Origin: Azolla caroliniana
Taxonomy: Eukaryota > Plantae > Polypodiophyta
Direction of reading: 5' to 3'
DNA length: 64,000 nucleotides
Assembly: GCA_043228905.1 (NCBI GenBank)
Contig: JBHGNT010000004.1
Coordinates: 3,906,001 to 3,970,000, forward strand
This document shows positions 50,767 to 62,667 of the stretch, piece after piece. Each line of letters begins with the position of its first letter. Position 1 is the stretch's first letter. The notes beneath the pieces are model-generated. The model ran no database searches and was not told where the DNA came from. It saw only the letters and a program-made list of their open reading frames with translations. The translations under genes and the position numbers were made by a program.

Positions 50767-51160
50767 TAACAATTGGCAACGGTTCGGTTTCGGTTTAGGT
50801 TTTTTAAAATGGTTCGGTTCGGTTTTAACAGTTAGAAACCGCGATTTTAATGGTTTAATGGTTTTTTATTTTTATTTTTATTTTTAAAAATTTATAAATT
50901 TATAAAAAAATTTAAAATTTGTTTTTAAGCAATCTTTTCATTTTTAGACCTTATTCTCACATTTTAGGAACATCTTAAAAATATTAAAAATTAAAATTTT
51001 GACCTATGTTGAAAACCGAAACCGAACCACGAAACTGCGGTATTTACGGTTTAATGGTTTGGTTTAACGGTTTCATGGTTCGGTTTGGTTTGGTTCAAGT
51101 TTCAAAAAAATTTAACGGTTCGGTTTGGACCCTCTCAAACCGAACCGTTGCCGATTGTTA
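50767..51160. mobile_element. hAT-family MITE, copy 1
   Basis: TIRs TAACAATTGGCAACGGTTCGGTTT / AAACCGAACCGTTGCCGATTGTTA, 8-bp TSD TATGAAAT, and subterminal AAACCG/CGGTTT arrays. Confidence 0.93.
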
Positions 51161-51696
51161 TATGAAATTATTCCTTGCCCTTATCATTAACTCTTTTTTT
51201 CTTTGGGTGTTAATTCATATTTAAGAGTTGTGCATAATGCATTTCCAAAAAGAGAGGTAAACTAGCCATTGAATTCCATGAGCTTCACAATCTTCGTTCT
51301 TTTAAAGTTTTATACTGTTGTGATTTTGGTACACCGTGACACCAGCAAAACTATCATATGCAACATATGACTTAGAATGCTATCAAACGTCTATTAAGAA
51401 CAACAATATTAGTGTTTAAAGCTCACAAATAAGATTGCACAAAATGTAGAGTATAAGTGGCACAATAAACCTTCTCCTTCTTGACAATCTTGACTCATTT
51501 TGTGGAGCATAGTCTTGAAGGTGGCTTGCCCAATTAGAATTAGAATTATAGTTTTTATTGTCCATAAAGAGGCCAAATTTGACTTATGGGATGAGAGTAT
51601 ACATGTGTTCTTGATACGTGTCTCCTTCCTAAAATGGGGTATTCATACATTGAAGCACAATGTCTCTATGTGTGAATAAGGCATGCACATATGAGC

Positions 51697-52185
51697 TCAA
51701 CTGGCACTTAAGTTATCACTCCCTCTTAATATGTCATCATATCTTGAACAAATTGCACTATATGTCGAGCATGTGAAGAGCAAGTGACACTCATCCTCTA
51801 CCATGCCTTCATTGCATACTTTACATGCCCTCAAATTCGTTACATTTTGATACCATGATGCAACTTCAACACCTAACTTGTGAGATCTAGTGTGTTGTAG
51901 TGTGAGGGCTCTACAAGCATTACTACTCATATTGGTAATGAGATAAGGTTGGATACGATCAATAGGCATTCTTGCCTTATATTGAGACCAACATTCAAGG
52001 TTGACATTCGCAATGTAATATTCTAGCTTTGTCCTCTTAACATCTTCCCATTTCATCCTTGATGATTCCACCAACCTTTCCTCAATCATTACATAATGCA
52101 TAGCATCACCCAAAAGCTCTAAAAGATCATCCACGCCCCATCTTTTAGAGCTTTCGTGTGTGGATGATATTGAATTAAAAGACAA
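51697..52185 (-). mobile_element. 3' fragment of an RTEX/RTE-like LINE
   Basis: ALTLQHTRSHKLGVEVASW...RACKVCNEGMVEDECHLLFTC, a C-terminal CCHC-type motif like the one in the 43030 fragment. Confidence 0.65.
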
Positions 52186-52371
52186 GTAAAATGCAAGGGA
52201 TGATGTACAAAGTGGTTATCATTTTAATATTCAGTGTGATTTGGATGGAACCCTTACATGCTTTATCCCATGTGTGAAAATTGAATTCATAGTTTGAAGT
52301 CTCACATTAGGCTGGACAAATCTGATCTCCATCAATATCCATAGGGAAAGAGACATAGCAATTTCCAACCC

Positions 52372-55110
52372 CTAATGTGTGTTTCTTGGTTGCATACCAT
52401 ATGCTGTCTTTATATTTGACAGCATAATGCTTGCAGTTATGTCAGTTGATTCAAGCTCGAACACGTGCTTTACTGAATAATGTGCCAGACCTACATGCTC
52501 ATGAAGTTTACATGCCGCTAACAATGTTGACCATACTATAGTAGCAGGTTGAGATGGAATAAAATTTGCTAACTCTACTGTGTAATCTAAACATCCCGCT
52601 CGTCCAAGAAGATCAAAAACACAAGCATAATGCTGGCAGTTCCATGATATACCACATAACTTATTCATTAGGTAAAAGCAATGAAGACCTTCTTGCACCA
52701 AGCCTGCGTTGCTACATGCCGAAAGAGCGCCCACAAGCGTTATTTCATCCCAACTAACATTATTCTTTAGCATTTTTCCTAGAAGTTGAAAGGCCTCCTC
52801 ACCACAACCATGTTGCGCATACCCAGAGAGTATTGTTGTCCAAGTAATTGCATCTGGTCTCATGATGTCATCGAAAGTTCTTTTCGCATGTATTATACTT
52901 CCACATTTCGCATACATGTCCACAAAGATTCCTTTCAAGATGTCATCCCTATCATAACTATCTTCTATCACAAGAATGTGAATCAGCATCCCATGTTCTA
53001 AACCTGCAAGGCCACCGCAAGCCTTAAGCACACATGTGAAACTGATTGTGTCTGCCTTCACACCGTCCATCTCCATTTGCCAAAATGTATGTATTGCTTT
53101 GTCCCAAACTCCATTGTGGACATAACCCGAGATGACCGTGTTGTATGTGACCACATCCTTTTGCTGTATATTGTCAAAAACTTGTGTAACATGATTGAAA
53201 CTTCCACATTTTGAATACATATCAAGAAGACTGTTCCCAACATGTACATCAGAATCCAGACTGAGCTCTATTATTGGTACATGAATTTGCTTTGCATGTT
53301 CCAAATCCAAGGTGTTTCCACATGCTTTTGAAATGGTAGAGAAAGTAACATCACCATGTGCTAGTCCTTCTTGCTTCATTTGATCAAATAGTTGTAATCC
53401 CTCATTTCCTAATTCATTCTGAATATACCCACATATGGCTGATGTCCACACAAACATGGGGCGGTCATGCATTTTGTCAAAGACATGTCTTGCATCAATC
53501 ATGCAGCCACATTTTGCATACATGTCAAGAAGTGTGTTTCCTACTTGTACCTGAGAGAACATGTTAAATTCAATTGCATAAGAATGAATCCACCTACCTT
53601 GCTGTAGGTCACCTAGATTTGTGCAAGCCTTCAATGTGCTTACAAATGTAATTTCATCAGGTGAAACTTCATCCACTTGCATTTTCCAGAATAAATTTAA
53701 AGCTTCTTTATTTTCTCCCATTTCACTGAACCCATCAATTATGGAATTCCATGCAATAACATCCCGCTGAGCCATACTCGTGAAGATATAATTGGCATCC
53801 TCAATCCTGCCACACTTGCAGTACATATCAATAAGTGAACTGCCAAGAAATATATCTGGATCCCAATTGTTCAAAATTATGTCGATATGGATATGATGTC
53901 CCTCTCTCAAAGATGATAATCTTGCACATGCCTTGAGAACACTCATATAAGTGACTTTATTAGGCTTGAAATTGCTAAGTTGCATTTGTTCAAACTGATA
54001 CCAGGCTTCATGTGCTTGGCCATGTAGGACATAAGCAGCAATAATTACCGACCATGAAACAACATCCCGTGCAGACAAATGGTTGAACACATAGATTGCA
54101 TCAGCCAAACTCATGTCTTTAGCATACATATCGATAAGTGTGTTAGCAAGAAAGGTATCTGACTCCATTTTGCTTTGAATAATGATCATATGAACCCTAC
54201 GTCCTTCCTTTGAGGATCCTTGATTGATGCATGCTTTAAGAACATTCAAGCACGTTACTTCATCAGGTTCAACATTCTGAGATTGCATTTGCCAAAAATG
54301 ATAAAAGGCACGATCATGAAGTTCATGTTGTGCATATGCGGCAATCATCGTATTCCATGCCACAATGTGGTGTTTTTGGACTTTGTCAAACAATGCATGA
54401 GCATCATGTATGCTTCCACATTTGCCATACATATCGAGCAGAGCACTTCTAATAAAATCATCGCAATCAAATCCATCATTTACCATTAGAGCATGGATGA
54501 TTTTCACATGGGTCAAACTTGTACATGCCTTAAGAATGCTAAGAAATGTCACATTGTTTGGTTTGACATCATCATGCACCATACGCCAAAACACATTCCA
54601 AGATTGTTTGCTGTGGCCAGATTTAGAATAGGCTCCAATAAGTGATGTCCACGTGAAGACATCTCTGGAATGCATTTTGTGAAACCACCGAGTGGCATTG
54701 GCCAGAGTACCACACTTAACATACATGCTAATGAGCAAGTTTCCAAGTAAAATGCTTGATTCCAATCCATGGTAAACCATGTGAACATTAACTTTCTTTC
54801 CCTTCTCAAGGTCTTTCGTGTTTCCAAACCTCTCCAGAAGACTGCCAATAGCCTCACAGCATGACATGATGCCAAAAGGATGCTCAATATCCTCATATTT
54901 GTAAACCACACTCACTCTATCTTTCTTTCTCTCTCCTGAAGATATTAATATATCTTTCTTTCTTCCTATGACCTCTTCAAGTGCCTGCTGTCCCTCTTGA
55001 GATACAACATTTGACGCCAATTTATTTGATGATAAGGATCCAAATGTCACAAGCTGACTCCCTAATCTCGCAAAGTGGCACAACCAGTTTGTTTCGAAAT
55101 GACCGAGCAT
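52372..55110 (-). CDS. PLS-class pentatricopeptide repeat protein with E domain and no DYW (organellar RNA editing factor type), intronless, about 912 aa
   Basis: About 7 P-L-S triplets (e.g. GNLLISMYVKCG..., RDVFTWTSLIGAY, PNNVTFLSILKAC), then HYACVFDLLGRAG and VWSTLLAACKLH...MLSNI. First ATG at 55110. Confidence 0.95.
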   Translation of the reverse strand: MLGHFETNWLCHFARLGSQLVTFGSLSSNKLASNVVSQEGQQALEEVIGRKKDILISSGERKKDRVSVVYKYEDIEHPFGIMSCCEAIGSLLERFGNTKDLEKGKKVNVHMVYHGLESSILLGNLLISMYVKCGTLANATRWFHKMHSRDVFTWTSLIGAYSKSGHSKQSWNVFWRMVHDDVKPNNVTFLSILKACTSLTHVKIIHALMVNDGFDCDDFIRSALLDMYGKCGSIHDAHALFDKVQKHHIVAWNTMIAAYAQHELHDRAFYHFWQMQSQNVEPDEVTCLNVLKACINQGSSKEGRRVHMIIIQSKMESDTFLANTLIDMYAKDMSLADAIYVFNHLSARDVVSWSVIIAAYVLHGQAHEAWYQFEQMQLSNFKPNKVTYMSVLKACARLSSLREGHHIHIDIILNNWDPDIFLGSSLIDMYCKCGRIEDANYIFTSMAQRDVIAWNSIIDGFSEMGENKEALNLFWKMQVDEVSPDEITFVSTLKACTNLGDLQQGRWIHSYAIEFNMFSQVQVGNTLLDMYAKCGCMIDARHVFDKMHDRPMFVWTSAICGYIQNELGNEGLQLFDQMKQEGLAHGDVTFSTISKACGNTLDLEHAKQIHVPIIELSLDSDVHVGNSLLDMYSKCGSFNHVTQVFDNIQQKDVVTYNTVISGYVHNGVWDKAIHTFWQMEMDGVKADTISFTCVLKACGGLAGLEHGMLIHILVIEDSYDRDDILKGIFVDMYAKCGSIIHAKRTFDDIMRPDAITWTTILSGYAQHGCGEEAFQLLGKMLKNNVSWDEITLVGALSACSNAGLVQEGLHCFYLMNKLCGISWNCQHYACVFDLLGRAGCLDYTVELANFIPSQPATIVWSTLLAACKLHEHVGLAHYSVKHVFELESTDITASIMLSNIKTAYGMQPRNTH

Positions 55111-57670
55111 CCAAATCTTCACAACTCAGACATGATAATAGCTAAAATCACATCTTTTAATTTCGAGGAATACATAACTAGTTTCAGTTGACGACACTCA
55201 CAATGTGATACCCAAATCTTACAACATGGCCATGATAGACCATATCTGTCTTGAATACAGAACATCTGAAGATTCACAATGCCAAACATGGTAGACACTG
55301 AAGTTGGGATAAATCTTTATGTCTCCCCCTTCCCCTTCCATATGTAAATACAATACTTACTTTAGGAAGCTCCCTGTTCATTTCGGGGCAGAACAGACAA
55401 AAGCCCTGTTTTTCCCAGGCATGGATCTCGCCTAGTGACATTGAAACAACTGATTAATATCATCAAAATCCTGATGAAATTAAAAAGACCCATGAGCGAA
55501 TACAAAGAAGAATCAATCCTCAGGATATGAATTGAGAAAACCCCAATGATCAGATTACTCTAAAGCCTTTGGTATGAAGACTTCTGAAACAATAACAATT
55601 GGACTTACTGATGTAAATGATCACATTTGATATGACCTAATGAAATCTTAGGCCTGGCGCTTCATTCATCCCAACACAAGTTCTCTACACGCAACCATGG
55701 AAATGATAGAAAATCATAACTACTCCGCAATGTGATGTGATCGATTGATCGATTGCAACGAGCTCACGATGGTCTCGAAGCAAGGTTTTGTTCCCTATGG
55801 TTATTGGCTTTTCGAACACCTTGCCGAATCGTGTGGTCATAGAAAGCTAAGTTTGCACGCCCTTTGCCATAACTATGGACTTGGGCATGAAAGGGGGGCA
55901 TTTTATTTTCCCACTTCAATTGTCACATGGGATTGGTCAAATGTTGTCACTCGGCAAATTCTATCAACAAAGGAATAAAGGCATGCAAAGTCTACTTACA
56001 GTTTGGAATGATCGACTTGTGGAATCACAACAAATAATTGTGTGAAATCTAAATCAAGGCGTTTCCTCCCAAATAACTTTTCCAAACATAGAACGAAAGA
56101 ATCTTCAGTGTAGAATTGTATAACAACTATGTGATTTTATAGACAAGTCTATTATGGTATGTGATATGGATCACATCTAGATCTTGTAAGGAATTTTCAA
56201 TGACTCGATAAAAAGTACTTGTTTTACACAAATTATGATGAAATTGGTGTCCAACTCTACCTTATAACAAAATGTATGAACGAGTCTCACTTTTGCAAAA
56301 GAGCCGATGCATCTATTTGCAATATTCATTCTAAGGAATTAGTACAATTGCACTTAAAAAGCTCAATCTGCTTAGGAAGAGTTCAAACCTCTTGGCCACA
56401 TATGTGCTAAAAGGAAGCAATCGTGAAAGAGGGGTTGTGTAGAGAGAACTCGATATTTTAAGTGAAGGGAAAGAATCTAAACTTGAGGAAGTGATTACTG
56501 GATCCTACCCACAAAGATCAAAATTGCAAACCAACTCAAACACATATTTCACATTGAACTTGTTGGGCTTTGTCTTATATAATATATGGAGGCTAGATAT
56601 AAAGTTTTGCCAACACAAAATGCATTTGAAGGACAAACAAAGGATGTATCAAATGGATCCAAACCAACAAATTGAGGTAAGAATTTGACAAATCCTTAAA
56701 ATCTAGGTTTAGAAATCAGCCAAACAAGCCATGTGTTCACCCTCATTGTAGTACTTTAGAAAACAAATGATGAATTGTGCATATAGATGGATCATAGAAA
56801 CCTAAAGGTGCCACAATGAGTGTTCTGTTTCCACTAACATATATACACATTGTCGCAAAGACTGTGGTTGTGTGTGCATATTTGTAAAAACCCACTTACA
56901 ATATTAGTTTGCAAAAAGTTATTTGGTAAGACTCAATCGAACTTAGCCGCTCCTTTGTTAGAAGTAAGGCTTATCAAATCAACCACTTCAACTCTTCTTC
57001 TTCTCTATTCATTTAGCTTTCTTTCTCTTTATATTTACAAATTTTATCTTACAAAACTTGTTTACCTAAAGAAATTGTTTTAGGAGGACTCCAACTCATA
57101 ACCTCTACAAAGAGGCATTTGAGATAGATTAATTCAACTTCTTCATTTACTCAATTTACTTTCCTTTCCTTAGTTTTTGTCTTCTTTTCAGCAGGCCATC
57201 ATCTTCTTGAGCGACCTCTGCATCCTTCACCCTTGTGAGCTTCTTCAGTCGCTTTCTGTTTTTCTTCTTTTCTTCCCCCTCTCTACCTTCCTTAGCCACC
57301 ATGGGAATGGCTTTTGTAGGGGGTCAACTGCCTAGCCACTCTCCTTGAGGCGGCCTCATGCATGGGTGGTTGTTTCTTTATTTTTTTATATTTATATTTA
57401 TATTTATAAATTCTATTTTATATTTACATTTGAGAAATTGCAAAATCATCCTCATTTAATTTCGAGCTCCCCTTTTGATATAATTACATTTGTGTCTTGA
57501 GTGATCTTGAAGGTAACATTGATCCTTCCAGAGGTTGTATCTTGGGATTCTGAACTCCGATTCACGGACCGAAAAATCCTACATGCTCCTCGTCACAAGT
57601 TCCAAATGGAAAATTTACTTCTAAAGATTTTTAACATTGTTTCAATATCGTAAAGCCTGATCTCAATTTC

Positions 57671-57890
57671 ATCACTTAAAGAGGTGAAACACTTCTTATG
57701 TATTTTGTCAAATTATAAATTAATTTGACGAAAGTTATAGAGCATATTATTGTGGTAAGGATATTTATTAATGCCAATAGATCACTTAAAGAGGCAGAAC
57801 ACTTCTTATGTATTTTGTCAAATTATAATTTTATTTAACGAAAGTTATAGAGCATATTATTGTGGTAAGGATATTTATTGATGCTAATAG
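57671..57890. repeat. Tandem duplication, about 110 bp x2
   Basis: atcacttaaagagg...gtggtaaggatatttatt.atgc.aatag occurs twice. Confidence 0.9.
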
Positions 57891-58036
57891 ATGAGCAACC
57901 TTGGGTGATTGGTGCATGAATGCTTGAATGGTTAAACACGATTCTTATTGCTCAATAATCTATTGTAACATTTTGTCATCTCTACTTGTAGATTCTCATG
58001 CAAAGTGGTGGAAATTTTTGCAATGTAGTTGGCAGT

Positions 58037-58534
58037 TAACAATCGACAATGGTTCAGTTTGAACCGAACCGAACTGCGAAACCGCGGTTTAACGGTTCGG
58101 TTCGGTTCAAGTTTAGGTTTTTTAAACGGTTCGGTTCAGTTTCGGTTTGGTTTCAACTGTCAAAAACCGTGGTTTAAACGATTTAATGGTTTTTATTTTT
58201 TATTTTTTAAAATTTTTATTAAAAAAATTCTAAAATTTGTTTTTAAACAATCTTTTCATTTTTACACCTTATTCTCACATTTTAGGAACATCTAAAAAAT
58301 TCTAAAAATTCTAAATAATGAAATATTATAAATTTTAAAAAGTACAAAATTTGACCTATGTTGAAAATTGAAACTGAACCACGAAACTGCGGTTTTTACG
58401 GTTTAATGGTTTGAAAAATGTTTAACGGTTTCGCGGTTCGGTTAAGTTAGTTTCAGGTTTTTTAAAATTTAAACAGTTCGGTTCCAAACCGGTTCGGTTT
58501 GAACCCTCTCAAACCGAACCGTTGCCGATTGTTA
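58037..58534. mobile_element. hAT-family MITE, copy 2
   Basis: Same TIRs as copy 1; 8-bp TSD TTGGCAGT. Confidence 0.93.
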
Positions 58535-59019
58535 TTGGCAGTCTTGATTATAATTTCGATCTAAGGCTTTTATTTAGAGAGGGGTCAACCTTCGGTTTCA
58601 ACTCTAGAGAGGCAAAGGATTGGGAACATGCACATGCTTCTTTTGCACAACTCAATGAAAGAGATTGTCCTCACTAGTTTATTCAATGCCATATTGCACT
58701 TACCATTTGGAATTACATATAAGATATTTAATTGATAATGCCTACACAATTGCTCAATATTCACAAAATGGCCCAAACGATGAGATGGAGATAATTGGGA
58801 TATGTATAATGCTTTTATATTTGATTGTATACATGGAGTACAACCTTATCTAAGGAAACTGAAAGGATCTAAGGATATTGGAGCATCTAAGGATTCTTTG
58901 CTTAGGTAAACATTCTTTTTGTTTAGTGACACTTGAGAATGTCCCACTACCTATTGTATTATCATCTTCAAAGGTCAAATATGACCAATGAGACTAGAAA
59001 TATAATATTTTCACATAAT

Positions 59020-59240
59020 ACATGTGAAAGTGAGTAGTGACTCTCAATGTTCAAAAACTTTACTAATGAATGTTGCAATTGAGAGTGCATGTCACTATGA
59101 ATGTGGGGAATTTGTTGAAGGCTTGGGTTAGTCAAAGATGTGTGAAAAGTTTAGCAAAATACACCCAAACGCAGAGCATTGTATTGAAACGTGAAACCAA
59201 AACTCTTGAACTTGTTTATGGAAAAATGTGTGTAGTTGAC
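59020..59240 (-). mobile_element. Short reverse copy of the 43340-43500 LINE 3' end
   Basis: gtgaaagtgagtagtgactc...actttac.aat.aatgttgcaat.gagagtgca is the reverse complement of ~43430-43495. Confidence 0.7.
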
Positions 59241-60240
59241 TAGTTTTATAACATCTTGAATCTATTGATGCATGGAGAAATAAATGTGTTGCTATTGATT
59301 ATCAACTTAGTATGCATGCACAACTCTTTCAATGCCTCATAAACTTTTGCACATATTCTAACGTATTTACAAAAGCACCATGTCATTTGTGTAATACAAA
59401 ACACGCAGACTACATCATTGGACAACATTATTAATGGCTTATTCCTCTAAGTCATCAATGCATAGACCACATAGATTTGTTGAGGGAAAATACATACTAT
59501 TCATAATGGGTTTGTTGAGGGAAGGGACATCCTTCATATTATTTTGAATGTGCAAATGACAATGGATTATGCAAAGGAATCAAAACAACAAATTGAAATG
59601 ATACAACTAGACATCAAGAAAGCTCATGATCATGTAAGTTGGTCTTTTCTTACCAAACTTATTTCTCACATGGGTTTTGGTGAAAGGATGTCTCGACTCT
59701 CTTTGATGTTGGGGTTAGGTGCATTGTCACATGTGATCATAAATGGTGTGGAGTTACGAATGCAATACCATTGGCAATATATCTAAGACAAGAATGCCCA
59801 TTGAGTCCATTATTATTTGCCAGTGTTACACCCTGATTATGGTTAAGATACATGAGTTGGAAATATGTGGGTATATAGTTGGTCTAGCTTTACCGTTTCG
59901 GGAAATAATTGATAGCCCAAGGTTTGGTAGATGATTCATTTTTGTTCTCAAAGTTGTACCTGATAATATAGTTAAAGCCATGGAGTGTGGAATGGATTTG
60001 CATTGGTGTGAAGATTACATATTAATATGCGGAAGTCTATGCTTACTTATTAAATGCACGAAGAGTGATTTGGTTTATCTTGGATGGTGTGGCCAAATAT
60101 TAGGTCAAGGCAATGTATGTTGGCACTTAGGTTGCTTTGTTGGTGTTGATATCTCACCTTCTCAAAGTTTGAATACAATATTTGGCATAGTTTTAGAGAA
60201 CTTTATGTGTGGAGATATCAAGCTCAACTAGATTTGGTTA

Positions 60241-60656
60241 GTTAGTCAACACACATAACTTAGTAGTTACCTAGATAGAATCTAGTTAGTGTGTTGACCT
60301 TAAAGCCTTAAATAGGATTTTGTACTTGAGTGGGATACATTGTAGATCCTCCACTCCCATGTTCATTTAATATAGGACTTACACCTTTGTACCTATATTA
60401 TACTCACACATGTGCACCTTTGCACATGAGATGTATATATATACCTCGTTGTGGGTATTTTTCTATTTGATGATGCTTTTTAATATACACTCTTGTTAAT
60501 CATCCCCCATTTATAATATTGTTCATAAGTGTAACTTCCCCTCTCTCTCTCTTCCTCTCACACACATACGCACACATATCACATAATCTTCTACTTATTA
60601 ACTACTCACATAATTAGACGTTAATTAACCCTTGCTTAATTACCTAATTCTTTACA
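60241..60656 (+). mobile_element. Probable solo LTR inside the LINE
   Basis: It interrupts the LINE coding remnant, has TATA plus CT/CA tracts and ends ...ttctttaca like the 22450 LTR. The 5' junction and TSD are imperfect. Confidence 0.45.
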
Positions 60657-60952
60657 TTATGTATTGAAAGTCTCAAGCTTGGATGTCTGGTACTCGTCTT
60701 AAAGCGGTACAAGCAACAATGATTCAAATGATTTCTTATTCTTTGTCCTTATTGCCATGGACAAAGAAATCACTTGATCATTTGGTTAGTTCATTAAAAT
60801 ATACATGGTGGAAGAAAAGAGTAAAATTGGTATGAGTTGACATTCATGGAGCAATATACATAGTGGTTTTACTAAATTTAGAAGATTGTATGGTGAGTTG
60901 AAGATTTAACCTTTTAAAAGGTATGTGCATAACTTCATAAGTACTCAACTGT

Positions 60953-62667
60953 TGTCGTGAAGATTTTCGGCAACGGTGTGAAAATTGCATGGAATGTACA
61001 AAATCAAGTGTGGTTCTTCACACACAATATGAAATAATAATAGTGAAGATACTATTTTATATTAGTTTAATATTTTGGTACGAAAAGATGGATGTCTTCA
61101 AGAGCTTCCGAATGCACTTTACTACATTTGAAACGGACAACTAAATGTCAAGTTATGTGAGTGCAAAGTTTGAGAAGAAGAAGAGAAAAACAAAATTGTG
61201 AGATATCCCACATAGATAGGACAAATCAGGATCCTACAGTATATGAGCATAGTTAGAACTTATTACTTTTTGTCTATGTGTGGAGCACAGAATGTTCAAG
61301 GTGACTTGGGCTAAACTGTTCGGATGGATGGATGTGGCTTAACCACTTGTAATGGTTTTGGAGAACTGGACCGGACGTACGACGACGGAACCGGGACCGG
61401 GATCGGATTCGGATCGAGCCGGACGGACGGATCTGGATCGAACCGATCGGTACGGACACGACCAGATCGGACTGGTCGGCATCAGACATACAGATCGATT
61501 GGTGGGTCAGATAGGTTGATCGCAACACACGATGTCTTGAAGATTTCGGTGTGAAACGAACAAAAAAAAATTGTCTATAGGTTCCGTCGGCTCATTGGAG
61601 GTCGACTGAAGGTGTAATATGCAGTTAAACATTTGTAAAATACAAGACTAAAGCCGAGTAATATTTTGTGCATTGAAAGGGATGCAAGCAAGGCTTGAAC
61701 CTTGCACCTCCAAGAAAGGCACTAAGCCAAGTCATTTCTTTAAGTTATATTTTTATCATTATACTTCTCATACATGAGAGCTTGAATGAGTGACATGGTT
61801 ATCATGCAACACATGCAATGCATGAGCGCCAAATGGCAAACATGCATCACATGCATTACATGCATGTCTTGCACCCTCACATGCATCATATGCATTGGGG
61901 CATCTATAAAAGAGTGGATGAAAAACAAAAACAGAGCTAGGTATTAATCAAGAAATTAATAAAAATAATAAATCGTTATCCAATTGGTGATGTATTAATC
62001 TTGTTTCTCAAATCTAAAGTCAAGGGGTCAATCTTAATCTCCCTCTCTCTTAACAATCGACAACGGTTCGGTTGGTTTGAACCGAACCGAACCGCGAAAC
62101 CGCGGTTTAACGGCATAACGGTTTCAACAGTAAAAAACCATTGTTTTAACGGTTTAACGGTTTTTATTTTTTATTTAAAAAATTTAAAAAAATTTCTAAA
62201 AATTTCTAAATTTTGTTTTTAAACAATCTTTTCATTTTTACACCTTATTCTCACATTTTAGGAACATCTAAAAAATTCTAAAAATTCTAAATAATGAAAT
62301 ATTATAAATTTTTAAAAATATTATAAATTTGACCTATGTTGAAAACCGAAACCGAACCACGAAACCGTGGTTTTTACGGTTTAATGGTTTAACAGTTTGA
62401 AAAATGTTTAACGGTTCCGTGGTTCGGTTCGGTTAGGTTCAAGTTTCAGAAAATGAAAACGGTTCGGTTTGGACCCTCTCAAACCGAACCGAACCGTCGC
62501 CGATTGTTACTCTCTCTCCATCTCAATCTTTCTCTCGCCATATCAATCTCTCTCAATCTATCTTAAATACTTTCTCGCTAAAGCTAGTACAAACTTCGAA
62601 TCCTTCTGGTCCAGGACCTCGGTAGTTACGCCTCACGATCTGCACATAGTGACGGATTTTCACGACA
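60953..62667 (+). mobile_element. TGTCGTGAA-family non-coding element, copy 2 (about 1.25 kb net of the MITE)
   Basis: Termini TGTCGTGAA/TTCACGACA, TSD CTGT/CCGT, and homology to the reverse complement of 25027-25975. Confidence 0.9.
62051..62509. mobile_element. hAT-family MITE, copy 3, nested in the TGT element
   Basis: Same TIRs as copies 1 and 2; 8-bp TSD CTCTCTCT. Confidence 0.93.

Noticed and set aside
55440-55740. C/D-box snoRNA cluster upstream of the PPR gene
   Set aside because: Scattered TGATGA/CTGA words without terminal stems or recognisable rRNA guides.
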